From Macrostomum lignano (taxonomy: Eukaryota): a stretch of 64,000 bases of DNA. The notes below the pieces were generated by a model. It saw only the letters and a list, made by a program, of their open reading frames with translations. It made no database searches and was not told where the DNA came from. Every line of letters begins with the position of its first letter. The stretch's first letter is position 1. The translations under genes were made by a program, and so were the position numbers. The stretch lies in the NCBI GenBank assembly GCA_002269645.1, contig NIVC01003384.1:36300-100299 (forward strand), given 5' to 3'. Positions 12,027 to 24,800 of the stretch are shown here, piece by piece.

Positions 12027-12864
12027 GTCCGCAGAGAAGAAAAATACACGACATGTGAGCTTTTATCACTCAACTTTGACGCAACTCCCATTTACTATAT
12101 GATTGTCTTATACCGGTTTAAACGTTTTAAAGTTCTTAAAATGAGCTTTTTGAGTGTGATAAACTTGAGCATTAAGTAACAGATGGATAGCAAATGAACA
12201 GCTATAGTTATTAAGTACGTCGATCACAGTTGAAAACTACTGCCGCGTCATCTCAAAAGCGTCCGGCTAATGGGCTTGAAGATGTAAAAACTTAATTGCA
12301 TAAAAGGCTGAGCGAAAGAAACTTAGAGAATTAATATAGGTTGCCTATTCGCACTCGTACATGCAAGCCAACTGCGTAGTTTATTTACTTGGCAGAGGTC
12401 TAAGGCGCGCCTTGAAGCTTTGTGGGCTGTTTTTCTAGCAGAGAAAGAAACGCAAAAAGGAGAGAAATGAAAAACTAGGAGAGAGAGAGGAGAGATAGAA
12501 AGAGCGGACAGAGCAGAGCGGCAGAGTTAGAGGAGGTTGTCGCCAATGAACACACAGCTCTCATACTCGCACGTCTCTGCAGCATGCTATCGAGTCGCGA
12601 CTCGGCTCTTTCTTAAACGGCTCGCGCACAAGATTCACAGGAATAACCCCCGAGAACCAAACCGAAGGGCGTACATTCGCTGTAAAATGTGTGTGCTCTT
12701 AGCTATAGTATTATGACTGAGCATTTAGTTGATAGGCTGAAAACAGCCTCGGTTTTAGCAGCCGTAGCCCTCAAAAGAAAATCCTTAAAAGTCTCTTTAC
12801 ATCACACGGACTACATCAGACAGAGCGGAAAGCAATAAGTTAGAATTGAGAACTCATCAGCAGA

Positions 12865-14522
12865 ATGGGAAATTGCATTAGTAGAAAAGAGCAAGAAAAT
12901 AGCGATATCAGAATGCCACAGCCAATGCCACAGTCTCAGCCTGAGTTCCAGACTCAGCGTCAGCAGCAGTACCAGGCACCGTTGCCGCCTGCATCGCAGC
13001 AGCAACCAGTTGTGTTGCAGAAGCCTCCAACCCAGGCGCCAGCAATAGCTCCCCGTCGAAAGCAGATGAGGGCATTGTTCTCATTTGAAAAGCAGGTAGA
13101 AGGCGACCTGTCTTTCAGAAAAGACGACATCCTGGATTTAGTCGACAACTCGGACGAGTTCTGGTGGAAGATGCGCCACACCGAAACAGGAGAAACCGGC
13201 TACGTGCCATACAACTATGTTCAACCGTACGATGGGAGCCCGACCTCAATGGCATGCTGGTTCGACGTGGATCGCAGAGAGGCGGAGAGGAACCTGCTGA
13301 TGCCGGGCCTTCAGGAAGGGACATTTCTGCTGCGGCCCTGTCGGCAGAAAGCCGACCAAGCCGTTTACAGTCTGAGCATTCGAATAGAGGAGCAGACGCG
13401 GAACGAGGGCAGACAAATATTTGTTAAACACTACATGGTGAAGCCAACCGACCAAAATGGATTTTATATTAGTCCAAAAAAGATTTTTGCAAGCATGCAG
13501 AATCTAGTGAGGCACTATCAGAACGCTGAAGACGGACTCTGCTGCCGCTTGACTGTGCCGTGTCAGCGAAAGTACGTGCCGCCGCCTCAATTCCGAGACT
13601 TTGAGCTTAACAGGAATCAACTCACGTTAATTGAAAAGCTCGGCCGTGGATCATTTGGAGAGGTAATCGCGAGCACACGGGCTGTAATTCAATTAGCATG
13701 AACCAAAACTTAAAAATGCCAAACTAATTTCAGGTCTGGAAGGCAAAACTCGGTCGGTTAGTTGAAGTGGCGGTAAAGATGATGCACTCGAACGGTCAAG
13801 GCATCGCTATGAATCAGCAAGACTTCATTCGCGAAGCCCAAACCATGCACAAGCTGCACCACCCTAAGATTGTCCAACTGCTCGGAGTGTGCACCACCGA
13901 GGAGCCTTTCTACATCGTCACCGAGCTCATGGCCAACGGAGCACTTACAACTTATCTAAAGAACGACGAAGAAAATGGAAGAAGAATTACATTTGACAAC
14001 ATGCTTGACATGCTGTTCCAGATCGCTGACGGAATGGCCTACCTCGAGGAGAAGAAGTTCCTTCACAGAGATCTGAGAGCCGCCAACATTCTTGTTGGAC
14101 ACGAGAACGTGGTGAAGGTGAGCGATTTCGGATTGAGCCGTTTCATGGAGGAAGACGCGTATGATGCAGGTGAGAACACGAAGTTCCCCATCCGCTGGAC
14201 GGCTCCGGAGGCTGCGACCAAGAAGGTGTTCACAAACAAGTCGGACGTGTGGTCTTTCGGCGTCCTGATCTACGAGATTGTGACGCGAGGCCGCATACCG
14301 TACCCAGAGTACGGGAACCGGGACATTTTGCGGATGGTGTCCCGTGGATATCGAATGAAAAATCCGCACAACGATGACCAAGGCGTTTTCTGTGATGAAT
14401 TCCTCTATGAGAACATCATGTTGTCCTGTTGGAAAGCAGACCCGTCCGAACGGCCGACGTTTGCCACACTGAGAGGCATCTTTGAGAACTATTACGTGGA
14501 GAAGCAGCACCAGTATGAGTAA
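12865..14522 (+). CDS. Src-family non-receptor tyrosine kinase, copy 2 (~528 aa; 2 exons: 12865-13662 and 13734-14522)
   Basis: Starts MGNCISRK. It has the same SH3-SH2-kinase motifs as copy 1 and an intron at the identical GSFGE|VW position (71 bp, GTAATC...TTTCAG). Ends QHQYE*. Confidence 0.95.
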
Positions 14523-15799
14523 TATCTTACCGATTGTTCGTTTTATCCATTGTTCGCGCACTCGTATGACTGTTGTATCTAATCAACGTATCTCAATACC
14601 ATGCTATTCAGTTTGCATGCGAAGTGCATTATGTTTATACAATAAGTTGGTAATTAACTAAGCTAGTTTTAACTAAGTTTTAGGAGCTGCCTACCGACTT
14701 GACGTTCGCCTGTAAATGTTTTTGTGCTGCTTTTTTGCATCGCAAACTTTATTTGTTCTTTTGATACGCTTTGAGCCTTTTTTTGCCATGCAGTTGATTT
14801 ACATGTATCTAAAACTTTTTTATTTAATCATGTCTCGGCTTGTTTATTCAGTCCATGTACATGATAATCGTTGTACACTGCACACGTATTTCGCTACAAC
14901 TATGGATCCTACTGAAATACTGAAAGTTGTCTATATGAGCATATAAAAAAACTGCTCTTAATTTGCAGTAACTGCCTGTCTGCACAGCCACACGGATGTA
15001 AGTTCATTGGCTGCATGCAGTGTTTAATCGATGCTAGCTCGTATTTTTCAGAATTTCAACTGGTAAACATTTTATAAAATGTACAAGTACCACGTGTACT
15101 TTTATCCACAGATAAGAATCTATTAACACAGCAGCAGCTGATCTCTGGTAATAACCAATAACCGTAGAAAAATTTTTGATGCTAAGTTGATTATTAGTCA
15201 ACATATAAATACGCAATAGTGTTGAATGTACTATAAATGTATTCACTTCACGTGGCATTATATAGCCTAATTCATAGCCTAATAATTACAGCCAAGCACA
15301 TTTTCAACAATTTCATTTTTCAGATTTCTAGCCAGGAATGAGTGTACTGTACTTATGAATTTAAACAAACTTCAAACAGGCTAATACTTATTTCAAAGTA
15401 AAACAAATGTTTTTAAATTTCCTTAATTGATCATAATGATTCAATTAATGCGTTGTTGAATTGTAGTTAACAATTAAGCTGCATGACTTTCAAACATTAC
15501 GTAATATACTGGACTGGTGTACAGCTAATAATAACAAAAGCATTAATTGCCTATATGTTAAGGCAAACCATTAGACAAATCCTCTTTTGAATCCCAACTA
15601 ATTTTTGCGCACCCTCCCTTCCTCCCCTATGAATCCGATGACTGCTGCCGGTCGCCCCCCTCACTCCCCCAGCGCACCAACCCCACCTCCTTTCGATTGT
15701 TCTGAAAGTTTTATGACCCACTTTTCTCCCCAAGCTTTTTCCTGCTTGTTAAGTAATCCCCCATCATAAATCATTTTTCTCCGCTGCCCCCCAGCCCTC

Positions 15800-15920
15800 C
15801 TCGTCCAATCACAGCGCGGCTGGCGGGTGACGTCATCAGAGTTGCTTGGTAATGGAGGTCAAGAACAAGTCACGGCCTTTAATATCATGCATCGCGTTCA
15901 CGTGATGCGTGACGCGTGAT
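15800..15920. promoter_or_regulatory. Promoter-like motif cluster (CCAAT, CRE TGACGTCA, E-box CACGTG)
   Basis: CCAATC at ~15805, GTGACGTCAT at ~15827 and TCACGTGA at ~15898 sit in a CpG-rich island. The target gene is not identified. Confidence 0.3.
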
Positions 15921-16705
15921 CTCAGGGCTGTCAAATACGAGCCCGTTTTAAACGCTTAGCCGCTGAGACTAGAATCGCTCACCAGCTAAAAGATCCCCCT
16001 GTCAAAAGTCCTCGTTTCCAGCACTTACTAGACTCTTCCTGTACGCCTCGCATAGAGTACCTCTATCGGCCATTTCTGGTACAGTTGGGGTCAAGACTTC
16101 GTGTACCTACAAACAACCCGGGCCGGCAGGCCCGCGCTGTCTAGATAATGGGATCTTGGCTGCAACGTCAACTACCGCACCATCCAGAGGCGGACAAAGT
16201 CTAGATCGGACGAGGCTTGGCGGCTGTACCTTTCAGCGCCATATCCCAGGGGTTTGCACAGGTGTTTTCAAGCAGCTAGCTCGGGTTACATCAATTAGTT
16301 GGTAACTTTATTCTTTCCAAGTCAATTAGCAAATAAAAGTTTCAAATGATGGCTGTTACGATCTAGAAAAGCCAGGAATACGGGGAAAGAACATATACAG
16401 GATACCCACAGGGGATATCGCGCACTTTTTAATCGACTGCTGCTCGACCGTACATGTATGAATTCACAGCTGGTGCTGGACCTGTACCTCCGTTCTAAAC
16501 ATGTTATAACATCTATTTTCTATTTGAACTGCATCTTAAAATCATAATAAAGTATAACTACATCTGTATGTAATTCATAATTCTTAAATTTTTATTTCTC
16601 ACCTGGCCTCCTGGGTCTGCCTGGCAAGTGTATGATGATGTGTATGAGTGTATCGCATTGAATGGGAAAGCTGCGTTGTGTGCATGGGGAAGCAGAATAA
16701 AGTAA

Positions 16706-16895
16706 ATGGCTAAATTCCTATATTTCCATTATTGTGAGAATCGCATTGTTAGCATTCATTTTGGCGCCGCAGGCACTCCTTTTGGCGCCGCAAGCATTCA
16801 TTTTAGCGCTGCAGGCACTCATTTTGGCGCCGCAAGCATTCATTTTAGCGCTGCAGGCACTCATTTTAGCGCCGTAGGCACTCATTTTAGCGCTG
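16706..16895 (+). mobile_element. Truncated copy of a non-autonomous element carrying the 21-bp GGCGCCGCAGGCACTCATTTT minisatellite
   Basis: CTAAATTCCTATATTTCCATTATT..GAGAATC..ATTGTTAGCA followed by repeat units is the inverse of 17792-18190. Confidence 0.75.
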
Positions 16896-17791
16896 AGTAG
16901 AGATCTCCAAGCCTAATAGCCTACTAGAAGTAGTTAGATAAAAACATGAATACTATTTAAAAACTAACATGCGTCATACTCTATTTTCAGTAATACATGC
17001 AATATCACGTAAACACCGAGTGATCATTCCATAGTCCAAAAACCGGTTTTCAACCTATATTTCCAAATTTGGTAAATGTCAATTTAAATGCGAACCAAGC
17101 TTCACCCCTTTTCTATGTAAAACCCCACCGGTCAAGAGACAAAGTCCATCTTTCGATGCTTATCAACAAAACCGGTTTGGAGCTCAAGGTCGAATGAAAT
17201 CGTGTATAAATACAAGCGAAAATCCGAGCTGAAACCTCAGACTTAGAGCAGCCTTAAGAAATCTTGGGCTTAGCCAGAGCTACCAAGCAAGGCTATATCT
17301 CTGAGAGAGACAAACACCAATTGGTAAGCCTTTGTTAGAGTCTTTGTTATTTGAGTCTTTGTTATTCGATTATTGAGAGCTGCGTCATTGCCGGCCGTTA
17401 CTGATCAGTCGAATTTATTGAGTTATTGAATTTGAGGCCTCCCTATTCCTAAGGGATTGGATAGGATCCACGGACCGATTCCGATGCTCTTAGTTGGTTA
17501 CTGATTGATTTATTTTGGTACCCTAGAGTAACCGATAGGAGCACACGACTCCGATTCCGTTATTTCCAGAAGAAGACGCCCTTTCTGGAGGACCTTGTTA
17601 TTGTTATAGAGTTGACTTTGTTATTAGGGCGCATCTCTGCACTCGAGGAATATATTGACGTCGACGGACTAAGTTATTTTAAAAGCTCTCATATTCGGCC
17701 GATTGTAGAATTCAAGAAGACTACTCCGGAGGAAAAAGATTTGAAGAGACGAGCTCGGAGAACCTGCCCGACAAATAAGAGGAGCCCGCCA

Positions 17792-18253
17792 AAATGAGTG
17801 CCTGCGGCGCCAAAATGAGTGCCTGCGGCGCCAAAATGAGTGCCTGCAGCGCCAAAATGAGTGCCTGCGGCGCAAAAATGAGTGCCTGCGGCGCTAAAAT
17901 GAGTGCCTGCGACGCCAAAATGAGTGCCTGCGGCGCTAAAATGAGTGCCTGCGGCGCCAAAATGAGTGCCTGCAGCGCCAAAATGAGTGCCTGCAGCGCC
18001 AAAATGAGTGCCTACGGCGCCAAAATGAGTGCCTGCAGCGCCAAAATGAGTGCCTGCAGCGCCAAAATGAGTGCCTGCGGCGCAAAAATGAGTGCCTGCG
18101 GCGCTAAAATGAGTGCCTGCGACGCCAAAATGAGTGCTAACAATAAGATTCTCAAAATAAATAATGGAAATGTAGGAATTTAGTCATATACATGTACATG
18201 TTGAATTCTTGGAATTGTCCCTCTCCATCATAAAATCTATGGCGACGCCCCTG
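17792..18253 (-). mobile_element. Non-autonomous hAT-like element end (terminus CAGGGGCGTCGCCAT) with ~16 units of the 21-bp minisatellite
   Basis: The terminus ATGGCGACGCCCCTG at 18239-18253 and its ~110-bp unique flank are shared with 44930-45054. Confidence 0.75.
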
Positions 18254-21049
18254 AAAAGGGAGCAAACTTCGGGCAAACGTCGGTGGGGAAACGTCGGCGG
18301 GCAAACTTCGGCGGGCAAATTTCGGCGGGCAAACTTCGGCGGGCAAATTTCGTAGACCCCCCTGAATTCAAGATTAAACCAATTCAGTGTCAAAAAGTTC
18401 GGGGTTAGGTTCGGGTCACGTCGGGTTTTGCATGTGATACCCGGTTTGAAAAAATTATGTTCGGTTCCTCCAAAAAATTTCTATCCCGAACATAATAACA
18501 TAATCGCGAACAGAATATGCGATTTGAAGCTGTATCAAGATATAAAAGTCAAGATCTTGAACGATGTAGCAAGTCGCCCAGATCTGGTAAGTTTACCCAA
18601 ATATTGTCATAGCGAAAATCTTGCACCTTCTTAATTGCAAGTACTTGCGCAGCAACCCAAGAAGATAGATAAGATCTGTTAAGAATCAACTCAATTGTCT
18701 TCTAAAGGGACATTATATTGGCCTTATAGCCTCCAGCAGGACGTCCTGGTACTCACGTTGCAGGGCCCTTAGATGGGGCCAGGTGTGACCCGTTGATACG
18801 TGGAATTGCATTCTGCATGTACTTACATGTGGCTTGCTGTGCGGCGGGGCTGCAGCTCGAGAGTTCGTCGCGTGCGCTATATATATGTAGCGCTGCTGTG
18901 CGCCATCTGACGCACGCATCTAGATTTTTCTTCTTTTGAATCGCGTCTTTTACAAGTCAGAACCTTAACTCTAATTGTAATCGATATGGATTTTTTGAGT
19001 CACATATGATTTGTTTCTCAGTTGTAGCCTTTTACTATGTGTAAAGTTTATTAATATCGCAGATCGTCGAACTATGTGCTTCTACATACGAATATCAACT
19101 AATACAATATTTGGAATGACTACGATACTACGATCATATAAATGATTATTTTATATTTAGGTGAAACATCAAAAATCGCTTCGACTCGAAACCACAGTGA
19201 CATATCAAGCTTAAATTTACTTTTACTTTTACTTAATTTTACTTTTTGTTAAAGTTTTACATTGATGGATGTATCAATACAAATTAGCAAGGGACCCAAA
19301 TGCGTGACACGTGAGTGAATGACGTGTTAGTGATACTAGGCGGTGCGTTGTGGCTGTGGATCTTCGTTCGATTCACTGCCTGAACCATGCATGAGTCATG
19401 ACATTATATTAACAAGTCATTTGAAGTCTAAAACTAAAACCCAACTTTCAATAACTTTTCGTTGTCATTAACCATTATCAGCTGATGGTTTTGTTGTCAG
19501 GCCCTAATACTAGGCCTAGTAACAGTTGCGTTTTATTATGTAACTAAATCTTTTCTATTCTATAGTAGTATAGTTGTAAATTTGCATTTTCTAGAAATTT
19601 CTGGCACACATTTGTGACAGCTGGCACACAATTTTTATTTGAATTTAAGTCTTGTGGTGCATTATATGCCTGAATTTTGGTATTTAGCATATACTGTCTC
19701 ACTGTCTGTATAGGCTATAGCCAGTATAGCACATAGGGCCTATAAATTTATTCAAGCAAAAAGGCTGAAACATGCCACTATTGTTTGTACAAGTTCAAAA
19801 ATCTTATTTAAGTTATAAAACAATTATTAATATTAGGTAAAAAATTAATAATAAAAAAGTTAGACCTATAGCATAGCATAAAAAATATATATATAGGCCC
19901 TAGTTGAACCATTTTTTAGGTATCCATGCTTTTCGGTGTCTGTGCTTTTCAGTGCCTAAATTATGTATTTTAGAATTGGATACAAAAATAGGCCTATAAA
20001 AATTGATTGAGCCCTAATTTAGCAGTACTAGTTAAGTGATTTGTCTTTGCAGTACTTAATTACTTTAAAAAACTAAGGTATTATTCATTTTGTTCAGCTG
20101 ACCTGGTTTTTTAATTAAAAAATGGTTTTTGATTACTTGATTCAATTTACTTCCATGTTGTTAGCTGCGTCTTAGCCATGTCAAAATTTTAAACTATTGC
20201 CCCAAATGCGCTTGTAATAAAATCTTATAGATTAATGGTCCAATAGTTATGCCCCAAAAGATTTCAGCTCACAAAATAATACTTGCTTCATTTCTTAGGC
20301 CTAGGCAGTTTCATCTTTCATGAAATAAAACATGATCATGATTCAAAAATCAATACTAACTAAAATATTTAAGTTAATCAAGACTTGTCATATTTCATAA
20401 TTTCAATCAAAACTACATGTAGCATCATTGATGGATTTCAACTTTACCTAACTAAGATTTCATAGCACTAGCACACTTGCTGAGTGCAGCCAGCTTGTAT
20501 TATATATTATATGATATATACAGCAATGTATGGAATTAAATTGAGCAGAATTTTCCAAATTTAAGAAATGTGCCAGTTTAACAAAATGAATATTGCTTTT
20601 ATTAGAAATATCAAATGCTTTGTAAAGTATTTATTATATTTGTTATAGGATTTCTTTTTTATTATCATCATTTTGGCATCATAAACTGGGGCACCGAAAT
20701 GCCAGGCACCAAAAAGCATGGGCACCAAAATGCATGGAAACCATTTTTTAAATATATTGTTATTAGCCTAAAGTGTAAATACATAAAGGATAATAGCTTT
20801 ATCAAAAAGCATGTAAATGTTTTTGTCAATTCTAAAGTAAGCTAAGGGCTAGGAGATTTCAGACTCACTGCTAGTAGCTAGCATATTTGCCTATCCAATA
20901 CATTAGGCCTTAGGCCCCTACCTTAGGGCCTAGTAAATTTTGCCTAGGCCCTAGAATACTAGGCCTATCTATGTTTAAGACAAAAAACTTTTTGCCCATA
21001 TGCCCTAAGTCCTAAAAACTCAAATTCAAAATCTATCCCAATGCCCTAT

Positions 21050-21221
21050 CATGCTTGGGCACAACCTAGGGATTCACCCGGCCGTTTCTATTGGCAACAC
21101 ACGCATGTAAGTTGCTATTGGACAGAATAGTAGTCACGTGACTGCTCTCAGCCAATAGCGACTTACATGTGTGTGTTGCCAGTGGAGACGGCCGGGTGAA
21201 TCACTAGGTTGCGCATGTATG
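21050..21221. mobile_element. 172-bp palindromic MITE with CAT-termini and 8-bp TSD (P-element-like)
   Basis: Perfect TSD TGCCCTAT at 21042-21049 and 21222-21229. Ends are CATGCTTGGGCACAAC and GTTGCGCATGTATG, and the element is almost a complete hairpin centred on GTCACGTGAC. Confidence 0.9.
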
Positions 21222-21821
21222 TGCCCTATTGAAGTAGGCCTAGTCTTAATTTCTGCCTTGAAGTCTATCAAATTTAATCATTTAGTCATTTACTTCCAAA
21301 TCTATATTGCAATATTGGCCAATAAATATGCAACATGGCTTGGCTCTAGCATGCCAATTGACCACTTTGCTGTTCTTTATCATACTTTGCCCTTGACTTA
21401 GCCATATCTATCCTTGCCTTGCCCTGATTTACTCTTAAGGCTACCCTGATCTACATAGACCTGCCTTTGCCCTACTTTACCCTGCCCTGTATTGCCCCTC
21501 TTTGCTCTGCCCCAGGCTAAATTCGCCCCAAATTTTCAGTGAAAGATCCATCTTCTTGACTATACTCTATATTCTATAGAATGCATAATTGATATATATT
21601 CAAGACTAGGGCCTAGTTAGGATTGTTATTTTTATTAAAAAATAGACATTTCTCTTAAGACAAAAAATCAAAATAATTATAGATCTACACATGTTGTTAT
21701 TGATCTTAATATGTATGATAATTTAGTTGTTAAAATCATATATATTTAATATTTAACCTAAATTTTTCACATATAATCAAATATTCAAATTTATAGAATC
21801 TACTCAACTTCTAAAAATACC

Positions 21822-24800
21822 ATGGTGGAGACTAAAGAAATCACAGACATGGTATGTTTATTTTTCAATTCATTTTTTCATATCCAAAAAAGAATCAAAA
21901 GATATTTAAAAAATCTACTATTGATATTTTAGAATCCTGCCAAGGTTGTAATCAATGAGACTGCTTCTCAAAAAGAAGAAATTGATTCTATTTCTAAGGA
22001 ATCTGATTTGATTAATCAATTGTCTGAAGCTGCTGTTAAGATTAATCTATGTGAAGCACTAGCTGGAGGCCCTGATGATGCTGAAGATGATATTGAAGAA
22101 CATGAAGCTGTTTTTGCTGCTGCTGAGACTGAGTCAGCCAGCTATGATGAAGAACCAGTTGAACATGAGTCTGGCATACCTGCTGAAAGTGATTCTTTAA
22201 AGGTATCTATAATTTCTATCTTGCATATAGAAGATAGAAAAACTATAATCTATAAAATTTGCATCCTCAAGATTAAAAGTCATTTTTTTCTAATCTAATT
22301 TTTAGGATGTGAAACCCAAGCTATGTTTTATTTGTCAAACAGCTGTGGCTTCTCTGTTCTGCGAAAGCTGCAGTTCAGGTGAGCACTTTGGGTTTTTTAA
22401 CAAATCCACATTGAAGAATAGCCTAATATTTATAGAATTTAAATTAAAGTTAGTAAACAATAATTTAACAAAAATGAATTTCAGAGCACATTTCGACCAA
22501 TTTATGCCTGCACTGCTTTATTAAGTATCACAAAGGTGACATTAAGCATGGAGCTCGCGTGCTTTTAGCAGATGTAAGCAATTTATTGAATTTTTGGTTC
22601 TTTGTTATAAATATTACTAATATGCTGTTAATAATGTTTCCCTAGTAAATTATGTTTTAATATAGGAAATAATTAAAAATCTACAAGCTGAGATCAACGC
22701 TTTGGAGATGCCCTGCTCGCTTAGAGACTATGACAGTCTCATTGACAATAAAGTGTTTAAAAACAGGTATTTTGTTACTGTTATGCTCGTACTTGTTACG
22801 CTAAATTGATTCTTCATTAGGCTACATGTCCTTCATTAGGCTACATCTCCACTTCATTAGGCTACATCTCCACTTCATTAGGCTACATCTATCCTTCATT
22901 AGACTACATCTATCCTTCATTAGGCTACATCTATCCTTCATTAGGCTAAATTTTCCTTCATTAGGCTATATCTAGGCTACATCTATCCTTCATTAGGCTA
23001 CATCTACCCTTCATTAGGCTACATTTACCCTTCATTAGGCTACATCTATCCCTTTTTAGGCTACATTTATCCTTCATTAGGCTACATCTAGGCTACATCC
23101 ATCCTTCATTAGGCTACCCAATCCTTCATTAGGCTACACCTATCCTTCATTAGGCTGCATCTATCCTTCATTAGGCTACCCAATCCTTCGTTAGGCTACC
23201 CAATCCTTCATTAGGCTACACCTATCCTTCATTAGGCTACATCTATCCTTCATTAGGCTACCCAATCCTTCATTAGGCTACATCTATCCTTCATTAGGCT
23301 ACACCTATCCTTCATTAGGCTCATACATGCGCAACTTTGGGAATCACCCGGCCGTTTCTATTGGCAACATACACATGTAAGTCGCTATTGGCTGAGAGCA
23401 GTCACGTGACTACTATTTCGTCCAATAGCGACTTACATGTGTGTGTTGCCAATAGAAACGGCCGAGTGAATCCCAAGGTTGCGCCCAAGCATGATTAGGC
23501 TACATCTATCCTTCATTAGGCTACACCTATCCTTCATTAGGCTACATCTATCCTTCATTAGGCTACACCTATCCTTCATTAGGCTACATCTGTCCTTCAT
23601 TAGGCTACCCAATGCTTCATTAGGCTACCCACTGCTTCATTAGGCATACATCTATTCTTCAGAAGGAACCTTCCTCCCACCCCCTAACGCTCCCCCTCAG
23701 TTACCTGGCTCTGCTCACCGAGTGCAAGGGCGTCACGGCTGAGCTGATAGGCCGAGCCCAGCGCTTCATAAACGCATTGCAAGAGCGCGACTCCGTAGAG
23801 TGCAGAGAATTGCGTAACGCTTGGCGAGAAAAAGAAGACCGATTGAAATTCGCTCGCAGTGTGCAGCAAGCCAATTGTGCCAAGGTTCAGCAGTACCAGT
23901 GCCGGCTGGCTGACGCTATCACCCGGCTAGAGAAGCTGAGAGACGGCGGCGGTCAGGGTGACGGCGAGGCTGCCGAACTCACTGATGACGGCGACTGTAG
24001 TGGTTTGCTGGAACAGCTGACCAATATTTATCAAGTAAGCTGGCTTCCTGCGGGGTTGGGATCTGATTCCCCGTAGTTGGGATCTGATTCCCCGTAGTTG
24101 GGATCTGATTCCCCGTAGTTGGGATCTGATTCCCCGTAGTTGGGATCTGATTCCCCGTAGTTGGGATCTGATTCCCCGTAGTTGGGATCTGATTCCCCGT
24201 AGTTGGGATCTGATTCCCCGTAGTTGGGATCTGATTCCCCGTAGTTGGGATCTGATTCCCCGTAGTTGGGATCTGATTCCCCGTAGTTGGGATCTGATTC
24301 CCCGTAGTTGGGATCTGATTCTCCGTAGTTGGGATCTGATTCCCCGTAGTTGGGATCTGATTCTCCGTAGTTGGGATCTGATTCCCCGTAGTTGGGATCT
24401 GATTCCCCATAGTTGGGATCTGATTCTCCATAGCTAGGATCTGATTCCCCGTAGCTAGGATCTGATTCCCCGTAGCTAGGATCTGATTCCCCGTAGCTAG
24501 GATCTGATTCCCCGTAGCTAGGATCTGATTCCCCACAGTTGGGATCTGATTCCCCACAGTAGGGATCTGATTCCCTACAGTTGGAAACTAATTCCCCACA
24601 GTAGGGATCTGATTCCCCACAGTTGGAGACTAATTCCCCACAGTAGGGATCTAATTTACCATACTTAGGATTTAATTCAAACAGTTCGCACAAAAATCCG
24701 CTGCAACCCTCAGTCCAAGCCGCAGCCGCAGCAGCAGCCAGTTCTGTCCCCAGACGAGCCGCTGCTTCTCATACAGTTTGCCGCTCCCAGCAACCTAGCT

